DNA from: Alphaproteobacteria bacterium
GTDB taxonomy: Bacteria; Pseudomonadota; Alphaproteobacteria; SP197
NCBI GenBank assembly: GCA_009694045.1
Contig: SHVY01000003.1
Span: 9,058-73,057 of the forward strand
DNA length: 64,000 nucleotides
Direction of reading: 5' to 3'
Shown: in pieces, positions 45,395 through 55,369 of the stretch
How the letters are laid out: every line of letters begins with the position of its first letter
Numbering within the stretch: position 1 is the first letter of the stretch
The notes under the pieces: generated by a model
Seen by the model: only the letters and a program-made list of their open reading frames with translations
Told to the model about the DNA's origin: nothing
Database searches by the model: none
Program-made: the position numbers and the translations under genes

Positions 45395-46053
45395 GGATTG
45401 GGCCTCCCCGGCCGCAGGTAGATGAACCAGTAGACCAGCCCGACGAGCCCGGCGCCGCCCAGGATGTTGCCGATGGTGACCGGAACCAGGTTCGCGATGA
45501 CGCCGACTAAGGTGACGCTCGTCCCGCCCGTGTCGGCGTCGATCAGCATGGCGAACGGGAGCTCCGCCTTGGTCGCGGCGATTCCGACCGCCAACCGCCC
45601 GACCTCGCCGCTGCCGAAGTCATGCTGCCCGGCGAGAAAGGCGAGCAGCGCGGTTCCCACGGCGCCGACCAGATTGCCGAGGTAGACGATCGACCAGGCG
45701 ATGATCAGGTCGCGCGGCTTGATGCGCCCGGCGGCCAAGGCCATCACCATCAGGCCGTTGCCCGTAAACAGCTCGGCGCCGCCGAGGACGACGAGCACGA
45801 GGCCCAACGAAAACGAGACGCCGACGACGATCCGACCCAAACCGAACGGCAAGGCTTCCGCCCCGACCCCCGCCACGTTCGAGAACAGGACGCCCAGTCC
45901 GATGAAAGCCCCGGCCAGGACCGCCAGGGCGAAGAGGCTCGGCCGATCGAGCCGCGCCTTGCGCTCCCCCAGAATCTCCGCCTCGCGGGCGATCGCGGCG
46001 GGAAGCAACGTGTCCAGGGCCATGGACGTGGACTTGTCGGCGGGTTCGGTCAT
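45391..46053 (-). CDS. Formate/nitrite transporter (FNT) family protein, apparently with an in-frame internal deletion
   Basis: 220 aa. N-terminal FNT features are present ([27 protein letters not shown]) and so is the C-terminal [25 protein letters not shown]. The segment between them, which carries the EHS(I/V)AN histidine in FocA/NirC, is missing. ATGA overlap with the gltX start. Confidence 0.75.
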   Translation of the reverse strand: MTEPADKSTSMALDTLLPAAIAREAEILGERKARLDRPSLFALAVLAGAFIGLGVLFSNVAGVGAEALPFGLGRIVVGVSFSLGLVLVVLGGAELFTGNGLMVMALAAGRIKPRDLIIAWSIVYLGNLVGAVGTALLAFLAGQHDFGSGEVGRLAVGIAATKAELPFAMLIDADTGGTSVTLVGVIANLVPVTIGNILGGAGLVGLVYWFIYLRPGRPNP

Positions 46054-46185
46054 GGGGTCTATTGCAGGGCGCTCGAACGTGGATCGGCGCAGTTACCCTG
46101 TTTGCGCCGCCTCTCGTCAAGGCGCTTGTGTCGAGGCTCGACGCCTTTGAAGTGGACACTCCGACGCGACCTTCCGCGCCGCGCT

Positions 46186-48279
46186 ATGGCGTGGCTGGCC
46201 GAGCAGGCGGCACGGGAACGCGATCGCTGGCCCTTGGCCTTTCCGGCGGGGATGGCCGCGGGAATCGGCGGTTACTTCGCGCTGCCGTTCGAGCCGGCGC
46301 CCTGGCTCGGTGCCGTGGCCGCCGGTTCGGCCCTCGCGGCGTTGGTCGCCGTCCGCCGCCGGCCCCGCGCGGCCCTCCTCGCCCTCGCGATCGTCGCGCC
46401 GACCCTCGGGTTCGCCGTGGTCCAGGTTCGCACCCTCGTGGCCCCGACCGCCGCCTATCTCGATACCCGTGGGCCGGCCGACGTCACCGGCCGGGTCATC
46501 GCGGTCGAGCGGCGCACGGCGGGCGTCCGCCTGCTGCTCGACCGCGTGACGATCGAGGGCATCGCCGAGGATCGAGCGCCCGCGCGCGTGCGGCTGGTGG
46601 CGCAAGGGTGGAAGACCGCAGCCCCGCGCCCGGGCGATCGCGTTCGCGTCCTCGCCGAGGTTCGCTCGCCCACGGGACCGGTGGCCCCGGGAGCCTACGA
46701 CTTCGCCCGCGAAGCCTTCTTCGAGGGTCTGGGCGGCGTCGGGTTCGTCTATGGCGGCGGCACGATCATCGACCACGAAGAAGCGGGATCCGCCTGGGCG
46801 CTGCGCCTGGCCCGACTCCGCGACACCATCGCCACCCGGGTCATGTCCTCGTTGCCGGGAGCGACCGGCGCGATGGCCGTCGCCTTGCTGACCGGAGAGC
46901 GCCAGGCGATCCCCGAGCCGGTGAACCAGGCCATGCGCGACTCGGGACTCTTCCACCTGTTGTCGATCTCGGGGCTCCATCTCGCCTTGATCGCCGGGCT
47001 CATTTTCTTCGTGGTCCGCGCCGCGATCGCCGCGATCGAGCCGGTGGCCCTGCGCTGGCAGAGCAAGAAGATCGCCGCCATGGCCGCGCTGCTCGGCACG
47101 GCGTTCTATCTCATGCTTTCGGGGGCCGCGGTACCGACGCAACGCTCGTTCCTGATGACCGGCTTGGCCCTCGTCGCGGTCATGCTCGATCGCTCGCCGT
47201 TCTCCATGCGTCTGATCGCGTTCGCCGCCACGGCCGTCCTGCTCATGGTGCCCGAAAGCCTGCTGGGGGCGAGCTTCCAGTTGTCCTTCGCCGCCGTGAT
47301 CGCCTTGATCGCCGTGGCGGAGGAGATCCGCGACCGGGTCACGCGACCCGCCGGACCGGCCGGACACGTCGGGGTCTATCTCGGCGGGTTGCTGGTGACC
47401 GCCATCGTCGCCGGCCTGGCGACCGCACCGGCGACCGTCTTCCATTTCAACCGGTTGGCGCTCTACGGCGTGATCGCGAACTTCGTCGCGGTGCCGCTGA
47501 CTGGGTTCGTCATCATGCCGGCCGCGCTCGCCACCCTCCTGCTGATGCCCCTGGGTTGGGAGGCCGTGCCCCTGTGGGCGATGGGGCGGGGTTTGGTCTT
47601 GATCCTCATCGTGGCGGAGTGGGTCGCGGACCTGCCCGGCGCCGTCGTGGCGTTGCCGGCCTTGCCGTTCGCCGCCTACCTGCTCATGGTCGGCGGCGGA
47701 CTTTGGCTCTGCCTCTGGCGCCGGGTCTGGCGTTGGGGCGGGCTGGCGGCGCTCGCGGCCGGGATCGTCGTCGGCCTGCTCCATGACGGCCCCGACCTGT
47801 TCGTCTCCGAGGACGGCAAGCTGATCGCCGCCAAGCGGACCGACGGTCTTCTTGCCATCAACCGCGACCGCGCATCGCGCCGAACCGCCGATACCTGGCT
47901 GCGGCAATCGGGCCAGACCGCTTGGATACCCTGGCCCGGGGACGGAGCCATCGAGCCTTGGCTCGCCTGCGATTCCCTGGGTTGTCTCTACCGCAAGGCG
48001 GGCCGGGTGGTCGCCGTGGTCACGGATGCCCGGGCCCTGGCCGAGGATTGCGCCACGGCCGACGCCGTCCTCGCCACCGTTCCGGTCCGCGTGCCATGCG
48101 CGGCACCCGTGGTGATCGATCGCTTCGATCTATGGCGTCGCGGTGCCCATGTCGTGTGGGTTGACGCCGACGGCGTGACGTTCGCCTCGGTCGCGGATGT
48201 TCGCGGAAGCCGCCCCTGGGTGGTCGAGCCGGTCAGTCGAACTGCCGGAACAGCGCCACCAGGCGACCCTGAACCTTGA
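46186..48279 (+). CDS. comEC: ComEC/Rec2 family competence protein (DNA internalisation channel)
   Basis: ATG 46186 ([19 protein letters not shown]) within ORF 45622..48279. 697 aa, many TM helices, motif [18 protein letters not shown]. Confidence 0.88.
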   Translation: MAWLAEQAARERDRWPLAFPAGMAAGIGGYFALPFEPAPWLGAVAAGSALAALVAVRRRPRAALLALAIVAPTLGFAVVQVRTLVAPTAAYLDTRGPADVTGRVIAVERRTAGVRLLLDRVTIEGIAEDRAPARVRLVAQGWKTAAPRPGDRVRVLAEVRSPTGPVAPGAYDFAREAFFEGLGGVGFVYGGGTIIDHEEAGSAWALRLARLRDTIATRVMSSLPGATGAMAVALLTGERQAIPEPVNQAMRDSGLFHLLSISGLHLALIAGLIFFVVRAAIAAIEPVALRWQSKKIAAMAALLGTAFYLMLSGAAVPTQRSFLMTGLALVAVMLDRSPFSMRLIAFAATAVLLMVPESLLGASFQLSFAAVIALIAVAEEIRDRVTRPAGPAGHVGVYLGGLLVTAIVAGLATAPATVFHFNRLALYGVIANFVAVPLTGFVIMPAALATLLLMPLGWEAVPLWAMGRGLVLILIVAEWVADLPGAVVALPALPFAAYLLMVGGGLWLCLWRRVWRWGGLAALAAGIVVGLLHDGPDLFVSEDGKLIAAKRTDGLLAINRDRASRRTADTWLRQSGQTAWIPWPGDGAIEPWLACDSLGCLYRKAGRVVAVVTDARALAEDCATADAVLATVPVRVPCAAPVVIDRFDLWRRGAHVVWVDADGVTFASVADVRGSRPWVVEPVSRTAGTAPPGDPEP

Positions 48280-48925
48280 CCCGGTCGGGGCCAAAGATGC
48301 GGGTCTCGTAGCGCGCGTTCTCCGGTTCCAGCGCGATCGAGGCACCCTTGCGCCGCAACCGCTTCAGGGTGGCTTCGGCATCGTCCACCAGCGCGACGAC
48401 GATATCGCCGGTCTCGGCCGTGTCGCTGCGCCGGACGATGGCGACATCGCCGTCCAGGATGCCGGCATCGATCATCGAATCGCCTTCGACCCGCAGGGCA
48501 TAGTGCTCATGATTGCCCACCAGGGTCGCTGGCACGTCGAACGTCTCGGTGGGATCGCGCAAGGCCTCGATCGGCGTACCGGCCGCGATCTTGCCGTAGA
48601 GGGGCAGGGACACCGCGGTCGCCTCGCCCTCCGACCGTTTGCCGGCCAGGACTTCCAGCTTCCGACCCTGGATGACGCTGGGGGTGAATCCGGTCGCCGG
48701 CGCGGCGCTCACGGGCGGCAGCTTGACCACCTCGAGCGCCCTGGCCCGGTGCGGCAGGCGGCGCAGGAACCCGCGTTCCTCGAGGGCGGTGATCAACCGA
48801 TGGATGCCCGACTTCGAACGCAATCGCAGCGCCTCCTTCATCTCCTCGAACGAGGGCGAAACCCCGTCAACCTGAAGCCGGCGGTGGATGTACAGGAGGA
48901 GTTCGTGCTGCTTGCGGGTGAGCAT
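48233..48925 (-). CDS. lexA: LexA repressor
   Basis: ATG at 48925 ([13 protein letters not shown]) within ORF 48233..48970, 230 aa. w[32 protein letters not shown]; cleavage region [11 protein letters not shown]; GDSMIDAGI; ATLKRL. Confidence 0.94.
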   Translation of the reverse strand: MLTRKQHELLLYIHRRLQVDGVSPSFEEMKEALRLRSKSGIHRLITALEERGFLRRLPHRARALEVVKLPPVSAAPATGFTPSVIQGRKLEVLAGKRSEGEATAVSLPLYGKIAAGTPIEALRDPTETFDVPATLVGNHEHYALRVEGDSMIDAGILDGDVAIVRRSDTAETGDIVVALVDDAEATLKRLRRKGASIALEPENARYETRIFGPDRVKVQGRLVALFRQFD

Positions 48926-48945
48926 GGCGTTTCTCGCTACATCTA

Positions 48946-48960
48946 GAACAAAACCAAAAC
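48946..48960 (-). promoter_or_regulatory. Imperfect alphaproteobacterial SOS box (GTTT-N7-GTTC read on the minus strand)
   Basis: Plus strand reads GAAC aaaacca AAAC, starting 21 nt upstream of the lexA ATG. Confidence 0.5.
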
Positions 48961-48970
48961 GACCATACAT

Positions 48971-48985
48971 GTTCTGGTTTGGTTC
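48971..48985 (+). promoter_or_regulatory. Perfect alphaproteobacterial SOS box GTTC-N7-GTTC in the lexA promoter
   Basis: Plus strand reads GTTC tggtttg GTTC, starting 46 nt upstream of the lexA ATG and 10 nt past the moeA stop, in an AT-rich patch. Confidence 0.7.
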
Positions 48986-48995
48986 CGCAAGCGAA

Positions 48996-50174
48996 TTACA
49001 ACAGGATTACCTCGATGCTCTCTCCTGCCTTGGCCGCGCGTGCGCGCGGCGGGCGAACCGCGAGGCAGTCGGCCTTGGCCAAGGTCGCCATCATCGAGCT
49101 GTCCTGGATATCCAGCGGATCGACCAGCGGCGGCGTGCCGTCCACCAGGCGCGCGCGCAGGTAGTCCTGGCGGTCGTCGTTGGCCGGAAGGTCGCGGGCG
49201 AGCACCGCGCGAAGCCGGTCGCGGCGCGGCGTGCGATCGCCCGCCATGGCCCAGATCGCCGGCTGCACGAACAACAAGCCGCAGACCACGGTGGACACGG
49301 GATTGCCCGGGAGACCGAACGTGGGTGTTCCCCGGTACGACCCGAACATCAGCGGTTTGCCGGGTCGCATGGCGATCTTCCAGAAGTCGAGGGTCAACCC
49401 GTCCCGCTCCAGCACCGGCCGCACCAGATCGTGCTCGCCCACCGACGCGCCGCCGGTGATGACCAGCAGGTCGGCGCCCGCGGCCGCGGCCACGTGGGCG
49501 CGCAAGGAATCGGCATCGTCCCGGGCGATCCCCAGGCTGTAGGGCACGCCGCCGGCGTCCTCCACCAGGGCGGCGAGGGCCAGGGAGTTCGAGCTGACGA
49601 TCTGGTTAGGCCCCAGCGGATCCCCCGGCATGACGATTTCGTTGCCGGTCCCGAGAATGGCGACGCGGGGGCGGCGGTGAACGCGAAGCCAGGGCACGTT
49701 CATCGCCGCCGCCAGCCCAATCTCCCGCGGTCCCAGGCGACGGCCGGCCTCCAGCCCGACATCGCCGGCGCGGAAATCGAGCCCGGCCTTCCGCACATGG
49801 CGTCCCGGCGCGATCCCGGCTCGCGCCGTGACCCGGTCACCGGCCGCCGCGGCGTCCTCTTGAATGAGCACCGCGTCGGCGCCCTTCGGCATGGGCGCGC
49901 CGGTGAAGATCCGCGCGGACTCGCCCGGACCCAGGACACCATCGTACGCCGCCCCGGCCGCGATCGAAGCCACCACCCGCAAGGTCGCAGGCAGGTCGGC
50001 GGCGCGCACGGCATAGCCGTCCATGGCCGAAACCGCGACCGGCGGCTTCGTCACCCGCGCCCGGACCGGCTCGGCCAGCACGCGACCCCGCGCCTGGTCG
50101 AGTCCCACCTGCTCGGCCGGCAGGGGGCGGAACCCCGCCAATGCCCGCGCCACCGCCTCCTCGACCGAGATCAT
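48996..50174 (-). CDS. moeA: Molybdopterin molybdotransferase
   Basis: ATG at 50174 ([19 protein letters not shown]) within ORF 48996..50423, 392 aa. ATGA overlap with the moaC stop. Motifs AMDGYAV and [11 protein letters not shown]. Confidence 0.92.
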   Translation of the reverse strand: MISVEEAVARALAGFRPLPAEQVGLDQARGRVLAEPVRARVTKPPVAVSAMDGYAVRAADLPATLRVVASIAAGAAYDGVLGPGESARIFTGAPMPKGADAVLIQEDAAAAGDRVTARAGIAPGRHVRKAGLDFRAGDVGLEAGRRLGPREIGLAAAMNVPWLRVHRRPRVAILGTGNEIVMPGDPLGPNQIVSSNSLALAALVEDAGGVPYSLGIARDDADSLRAHVAAAAGADLLVITGGASVGEHDLVRPVLERDGLTLDFWKIAMRPGKPLMFGSYRGTPTFGLPGNPVSTVVCGLLFVQPAIWAMAGDRTPRRDRLRAVLARDLPANDDRQDYLRARLVDGTPPLVDPLDIQDSSMMATLAKADCLAVRPPRARAAKAGESIEVILL

Positions 50175-50647
50175 GGGCGCGTGTAGGTGCCGGACCGCCC
50201 GCCGGACTTGTGGACCAGCTCGATCCCCTCGATCGTCATGCCGCGATCCACCGCCTTGCACATGTCGTAGATCGTCAACGCCGCGATCGACACGGCCGTC
50301 AGCGCCTCCATCTCGACTCCGGTACGGGCGACGACCCCGCAGGTCGCGGCGATTTCGACCGTGCTCGCCCCGCGATCGCAGGACAGCTCGACCTTCACCG
50401 CGCTGAGGGGCAGGGGATGGCACAGCGGCACCAGCTCGTGGGTCCGTTTCGCTGCCATGATCCCGGCGATCCGGGCGGTCGCCAGCACGTCTCCCTTGGG
50501 CATCCCCTGGGATTCGATCAACGCCAGGGTCGCGGGGTTCATCCGCACCCGCCCGCGCGCCGTGGCGGTGCGTTCGGTCACGTCCTTCGAGCCGACGTCG
50601 ACCATGGCGGCCCGGCCCTCGGCGTCGAGGTGCGTGAGCTTCGTCAT
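50171..50647 (-). CDS. moaC: Cyclic pyranopterin monophosphate synthase MoaC
   Basis: 158 aa with [14 protein letters not shown] and LCHPLPL motifs. Confidence 0.95.
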   Translation of the reverse strand: MTKLTHLDAEGRAAMVDVGSKDVTERTATARGRVRMNPATLALIESQGMPKGDVLATARIAGIMAAKRTHELVPLCHPLPLSAVKVELSCDRGASTVEIAATCGVVARTGVEMEALTAVSIAALTIYDMCKAVDRGMTIEGIELVHKSGGRSGTYTRP

Positions 50648-51435
50648 GCGCCGAGCAGCAGGGCGGTGGCGGTGGCCACGTCCGCCTGGCGCATCAGCGA
50701 CTCGCCGACCAGGAACCGCATGATCCCGGCTTTCGCCATGCGCCGGAGATCGCCATGACCGCGCAGGCCGCTCTCGGCCACCAGGGCGCGATCCTTCGGC
50801 GCCCGCGCCGCCAGGCGCTCGCTGGTCGCGAGGTCCACCGTCAAGGTCTTGAGGTCGCGGTTGTTCACCCCGATCAGATCGCCGGGCAGGGCAAGGGCGC
50901 GTTCGAGCTCGGCCTCGTCGTGCACCTCGACCAGGATGTCCAATCCGTGCTCGCGGGCCGCCGCGGCCAGGTCCCGCGCCAGCGCGTCATCCAGGCTGCT
51001 AAGGATCAGCAGCACGCAATCGGCGCCGATCGCCCGCGATTCGACGATCTGATACGGATCGATCATGAAGTCCTTGCGCAGGACGGGCAGTGGGCAGGCC
51101 GCCTTGGCGTCCGCGACGAAGCAATCGTCGCCCTGGAAGTAGGGCCGGTCGGTGAGGATCGACAGGCACGTCGCTCCGCCTTGCGCATAGGCACGGGCCA
51201 GGGCCGCCGGATCGAAATCCGCCCGGATCAACCCGTGGCTCGGGCTCGCCCGCTTGATCTCGGCGATCAGCCCGAAGCCGCCCGCCGCCACCGTCGCGGC
51301 GAGCGCCGCGGCGAACCCCCGTGGCGGCCCCATCGCCTTGGCGTCCACCGTCAGGTTGGCGAGGGATCGCGCGCCCTTGCACGCCGCCACATGGCTCCGC
51401 TTGTCGGTGACGATCCGCGCCAGGATGTCGGACAC
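50644..51435 (-). CDS. trpC: Indole-3-glycerol phosphate synthase
   Basis: 263 aa with [21 protein letters not shown] and VNNRDLKT motifs. Confidence 0.95.
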   Translation of the reverse strand: MSDILARIVTDKRSHVAACKGARSLANLTVDAKAMGPPRGFAAALAATVAAGGFGLIAEIKRASPSHGLIRADFDPAALARAYAQGGATCLSILTDRPYFQGDDCFVADAKAACPLPVLRKDFMIDPYQIVESRAIGADCVLLILSSLDDALARDLAAAAREHGLDILVEVHDEAELERALALPGDLIGVNNRDLKTLTVDLATSERLAARAPKDRALVAESGLRGHGDLRRMAKAGIMRFLVGESLMRQADVATATALLLGA

Positions 51436-51436
51436 G

Positions 51437-52468
51437 TCAGCAACGGCCCTGGGTGATCGCCACCAGCGCCGCGAGCTTGGCCTTGGCCTGGCCGGACTCG
51501 ATCGCCGCCGCCGCCATGGCGACGCCCGCCTTCAGGTCGGTGACCCGGCCCGCCACTACCAGCGCCGCGGCGGCGTTGAACAGGACCGTATCGCGGTAGG
51601 CGCCCTTGGCGCCCGCGAGCAGGTCGCCGAGTGCCCTGGCGTTGTCGGCTGGTTCGCCGCCGCGCAGCGCGGCACTCGGATGCCGGGGCAGACCGGCGTC
51701 CTCCGGGTACACCTCTTGCGTCCGCACCTTGCCGTTCTCCAGCATCGCCACCCGGTTCGATCCGGCGAGCGTCAGTTCGTCGCATCCGTCGCTGCTGTGC
51801 ACGGCCCAGGCCCGCTCGGTCTCGAGCTCCGCCAGCACCCGCGCCACCGTCTCGACCCATTCCGGCGCGAACACGCCGACCAACAGGCGCTTGACCCCCG
51901 CCGGGTTCGAGATCGGACCCAGCAGGTTGAAGATCGTCCGGGTGCCTAGCTCCACCCGTATCGGCCCGACGTGGCGCATGGCGCTGTGGTAGCGCGGGGC
52001 CAGCATGAAACCGAAGCCGTTCTCGTCGATCGCCCGTTGCACCAGGGGATAGTCGGCGTCCAGGTTGACCCCCAGCGCCGCCAGCACGTCGGCGGCCCCG
52101 GACTTGGAGGACATCGCCCGGTTGCCGTGCTTCGCCACCGTGACCCCGCACGCGGCCACCACCAGCCCCGTGGCGGTCGAGATGTTGAGGGTCCCGGTCG
52201 CGTCCCCGCCGGTGCCGACCACGTCCATGGCGCCGGCCGGCGCACTCATCCGGTGCATCTTGGCGCGCATCGTCAGGGCCGCGCCGGTGATCTCCTCGAT
52301 GGTCTCGCCGCGGACCCGCAGGGCCAGCAGGACGCCGCCGATCTGGGCGGGCGTGGCCTCGCCGGACATGATCACGTCGATCGTCTCGCGCGCCTCGTCG
52401 ACCGACAGCCGCTGGCCGCCGGCCAGCCGCGCGATCGTCGGCTTCAGGCTGCGCGGGGCCGCGTTCAT
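51437..52468 (-). CDS. trpD: Anthranilate phosphoribosyltransferase
   Basis: ATG at 52468 ([18 protein letters not shown]) within ORF 51437..52903, 343 aa. Motifs DVVGTGGD and KHGNRA. ATGA overlap with the trpG stop. Confidence 0.94.
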   Translation of the reverse strand: MNAAPRSLKPTIARLAGGQRLSVDEARETIDVIMSGEATPAQIGGVLLALRVRGETIEEITGAALTMRAKMHRMSAPAGAMDVVGTGGDATGTLNISTATGLVVAACGVTVAKHGNRAMSSKSGAADVLAALGVNLDADYPLVQRAIDENGFGFMLAPRYHSAMRHVGPIRVELGTRTIFNLLGPISNPAGVKRLLVGVFAPEWVETVARVLAELETERAWAVHSSDGCDELTLAGSNRVAMLENGKVRTQEVYPEDAGLPRHPSAALRGGEPADNARALGDLLAGAKGAYRDTVLFNAAAALVVAGRVTDLKAGVAMAAAAIESGQAKAKLAALVAITQGRC

Positions 52469-53061
52469 GCGATCTTCGCCAGCGGCGCTCGGCCGTGCAC
52501 GATCTCCAGGAAATTGCCCAGCAGCTTGTGGCCGTGCTCGGACGCGATGCTCTCCGGATGGAACTGCACGCCGAACAGCGGCAGCGTCCGGTGCCGCAGC
52601 CCCATCACCACTCCGTCCGCGGTCTCCGCCGTGATCTCGAGGACCGGCGGAAACGTCGCCCGTTCCACCACCAGAGAATGGTAGCGCGTAGCCCGGAAGG
52701 GGGAGGGGATGCCGGCCAGGATTCCCTGCCCGAGGTGGTGAATCTCCGACAGCTTGCCGTGCATTATCGTCGGCGCCCGCACCACCCGCCCCTGGTACGC
52801 TTGGCCGATCGCCTGATGGCCGAGGCAGACGCCCAGGATCGGCAGCGTCGATCCCAGCCGCCGGATCAGCTCCAGGCAGATGCCGGCGCGATCCGGATCG
52901 CACGGCCCCGGCGAGATGACGATGCCGTCGGGATTAAGGGCGGCAGCCTGATCCACGGTGATCGTGTCGTTGCGCTGGACGACGACCTCGGCCCCCAATT
53001 CGCCCAGGTAGTGGACTAGGTTGTAGGTGAAGCTGTCGTAGTTATCGATCAGGAGCAACAT
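52465..53061 (-). CDS. trpG: Anthranilate synthase component II (glutamine amidotransferase, TrpG/PabA)
   Basis: 198 aa with [25 protein letters not shown] and FHPES motifs. Confidence 0.94.
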   Translation of the reverse strand: MLLLIDNYDSFTYNLVHYLGELGAEVVVQRNDTITVDQAAALNPDGIVISPGPCDPDRAGICLELIRRLGSTLPILGVCLGHQAIGQAYQGRVVRAPTIMHGKLSEIHHLGQGILAGIPSPFRATRYHSLVVERATFPPVLEITAETADGVVMGLRHRTLPLFGVQFHPESIASEHGHKLLGNFLEIVHGRAPLAKIA

Positions 53062-53135
53062 CGGCGTAGAATACCGGGTCGCCAGTGGCGGTGCTAGGGG
53101 GCAAGGGCCTTGGATGTCTATGTGGGAGGTCAGTG

Positions 53136-53957
53136 ATGAACGACGACGCCAGCGATCTGATCCGGCTCGATCTCTACCCGATCGGCGATCGCGCCAACCC
53201 GCGCCGGGCGGCCTTGGTCGAGCGGTTCAAGGCCGACTTGGACGCGCGCCAGGTCTGCGTTCTGTCCGACTTCATCACCAAGGAAGCGCGCCAACGCATG
53301 ATCGGCGATGCCTTGGCGATCCTGCCCAAGGCGTATCGCAACCGTTCGCATCGGACATGCTTCCTGAACCGGAATGGCGATCCGTCGGTGAACGAAAACC
53401 ATCCGCGCAACACGTTCTTCGACGCGAGCTACCGCATGATGGCGTACGACCTGTTCGATGCCGACATGGCGTTGCCCCGGTTCTACCGCTGGCCCGCCAT
53501 CCGCGAACTGGTGGCCGACGTTGTCGGCGCCCAGCGGCTGTTCCTGAACGAGGATCCGTATCAGCCAGCCAACGTGGTGGCCTACGGCGATGGCGATCAG
53601 TCGACTTGGCACTTCGACCGCGGCAACGATTTCACCGTGACGCTGATGCTGCAGGCGCCCGAGGCCGGCGGCGTCTTCGAACTGGCGCCGGAAGTCCTGG
53701 ATGACGACGATCCGGACATGCGCCGCCTTGCCGACGTGCTGCAGGGTCGTTCACGCGACGTGATCAGCGTCGACCGGGTGCCGGGCGCCCTCGTCATCTT
53801 CCGCGGCGACCGCTCCGCCCACCGGGTTTCGCCGGTCAAGGGCGACACCCTGCGCCTGATGTGCGTGATGGTCTACGAGCCCAAGCCCGGCGTCGTCGGC
53901 CGGCCCGAGGTCAACGCCACCGTCTACGGTCCGCGCACGTCGCAGGCGCGGGCCTGA
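53136..53957 (+). CDS. Fe(II)/2-oxoglutarate-dependent oxygenase, uncharacterised subfamily (paralog 1)
   Basis: ATG 53136 preceded by GGGAGG, within ORF 53085..53957, 273 aa. H-x-D...H triad candidates WHFD and AHRVSP. Paralogous to 54010..54843. Confidence 0.8.
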   Translation: MNDDASDLIRLDLYPIGDRANPRRAALVERFKADLDARQVCVLSDFITKEARQRMIGDALAILPKAYRNRSHRTCFLNRNGDPSVNENHPRNTFFDASYRMMAYDLFDADMALPRFYRWPAIRELVADVVGAQRLFLNEDPYQPANVVAYGDGDQSTWHFDRGNDFTVTLMLQAPEAGGVFELAPEVLDDDDPDMRRLADVLQGRSRDVISVDRVPGALVIFRGDRSAHRVSPVKGDTLRLMCVMVYEPKPGVVGRPEVNATVYGPRTSQARA

Positions 53958-54009
53958 TATCAAGGTTTCGTAGGTCGCTCTCGACGGCGGCCGCGAGGCC
54001 GAGCGAGTT

Positions 54010-54843
54010 TCAGGCTCGGAACACCGGGTCCGTCGACATGGCCCCGGGCGTCCACCGACGCAGTTCGGCGACATAGGGTTCGCCGAAGTTCGTGCCGGGC
54101 TGGCGGTCGTAGCTGAACAGCCCGACGATGCGCTTGCGCGCGCCCTGCACGGGGGTGACGTGGTGAAGCGTCCGGTTGCCCTGAAAGACGTTCAGATCGC
54201 CGACGGCCAGCTTGGCGCGGCGCACGCCGTCCTTGTTGCCATTGAACACCGCGGCGACGGTCTCGTAGTTCTGGTTCGTGTCGCTGCGCACGTTGGGTAT
54301 GTATTCGAACACGCCGCCCCCCTCGGGTTCGCGCAGCAGGATCGAGAACACGACATCGTTGCCGTCGAAGTGCCAGCCGTCCGTGTCGCCGTCCCCGGCG
54401 ACCTTCGACGTCAGGGCCAGATGCGGACATTCGCTGCGATGGAACGTCTCGTAGCCCATGAGCTGGCGCAGGAATTCGCGTAAGGGTTCCCAGCAGAAGA
54501 TCTTGCGCAGCGGGGAGTCGTTCGGGATCTGGTGGTTAAGCACTTGGTGATAGCGGAACTGGTGGGTCACGGTGCGCGGATGACCGGCCGGCCAGCTGCT
54601 TCCATCGTCGCCGTAGCTGGCGCTGTTCGCCTCAAGTCTGCTGGCCAGCGGTACGCGCGCCTCGATCTCGGCGGCCATGAACGACACCGCTTCGGGTCGT
54701 GCGAAACCGGGCAGGGAGAACAACGCATCGCGCCCGAGCGCGGCCTGGCCTTCCCGGAGCAGGGCGTCGACCGTTGGGCTTTCCGGCCGATGCAGCGGAT
54801 AGCGATCGAGATCGATGATTTCCGCGATCGTATCGAAACTCAC
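54010..54843 (-). CDS. Fe(II)/2-oxoglutarate-dependent oxygenase, uncharacterised subfamily (paralog 2)
   Basis: 277 aa, GTG start preceded by GGGAGGA. Triad candidates WHFD and LHHVTP. Block-wise similarity to 53136..53957. Confidence 0.8.
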   Translation of the reverse strand: MSFDTIAEIIDLDRYPLHRPESPTVDALLREGQAALGRDALFSLPGFARPEAVSFMAAEIEARVPLASRLEANSASYGDDGSSWPAGHPRTVTHQFRYHQVLNHQIPNDSPLRKIFCWEPLREFLRQLMGYETFHRSECPHLALTSKVAGDGDTDGWHFDGNDVVFSILLREPEGGGVFEYIPNVRSDTNQNYETVAAVFNGNKDGVRRAKLAVGDLNVFQGNRTLHHVTPVQGARKRIVGLFSYDRQPGTNFGEPYVAELRRWTPGAMSTDPVFRA

Positions 54844-54939
54844 CGTCGGGTCCTCCCGTTCACCGCCGCCGTGTCGGCGACGGCCGGATTGTAGGCCCGC
54901 GCGGCGCGTTCACCAAGGACCGCTCCGGGTCGCGACCCC

Positions 54940-55365
54940 TCAGAGCTTTTCCAGGGTCCAGCGATAGGCACCCATGCCGGCGATCATGGCGGCGACGAAG
55001 ATGAAGGTTTCCCTCAGGCCGAAGGCCAGGCCGGCCAAGGCAGGTCCGGGGCAGTAGCCGACCAGGCCCCAGCCGATCCCGAACATGGCGGCGCCAAGCA
55101 GGAGGCGCCGGTCGATGGCGCGCGCGGTCGGGATCTCCTGTCGTTCGCCGACCAGGGGGGCGCCGCGCTTGCGGGCGAGCCAGAAACCGGGCGCGGCCAG
55201 CGCCAGGGCGCCGGCCATCACGAAGGCGAGGGTCGGGTCCCAGGTTCCGGCCCAGAGTCCGGCCACGTCGAGGAAGCCCTGGACCCGGGCGGGGTCGACC
55301 ATCTGGGAGACGGTAAGGCCGATGCCGAAGACGACGCCGGCGACGAGCGCGATCAGGAGGGTCAT
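54940..55365 (-). CDS. YeeE/YedE-type sulfur-compound permease, second half-protein
   Basis: ATG at 55365 (MTLLIALVAGVVFGIGL) within ORF 54940..55386, 141 aa, four TM helices, motif GWGLVGYCPGPA. Confidence 0.8.
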   Translation of the reverse strand: MTLLIALVAGVVFGIGLTVSQMVDPARVQGFLDVAGLWAGTWDPTLAFVMAGALALAAPGFWLARKRGAPLVGERQEIPTARAIDRRLLLGAAMFGIGWGLVGYCPGPALAGLAFGLRETFIFVAAMIAGMGAYRWTLEKL

Positions 55366-55369
55366 GGCG

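Noticed and set aside
53958-54009. Possible bidirectional terminator between the two convergent oxygenase genes (tcgctc ... gagcga around a NotI-like gcggccgc core).
   Set aside because: The stem is only 6 bp, the loop is 20 nt, and no T or A tracts flank it. It is not convincing as an intrinsic terminator.
54927-54938. Perfect 12-bp palindrome gggtcgcgaccc immediately after the stop of the second YeeE/YedE half-gene, considered as a terminator.
   Set aside because: No loop is possible beyond 2 nt, there is no U-tract, and short GC palindromes are common in this composition.
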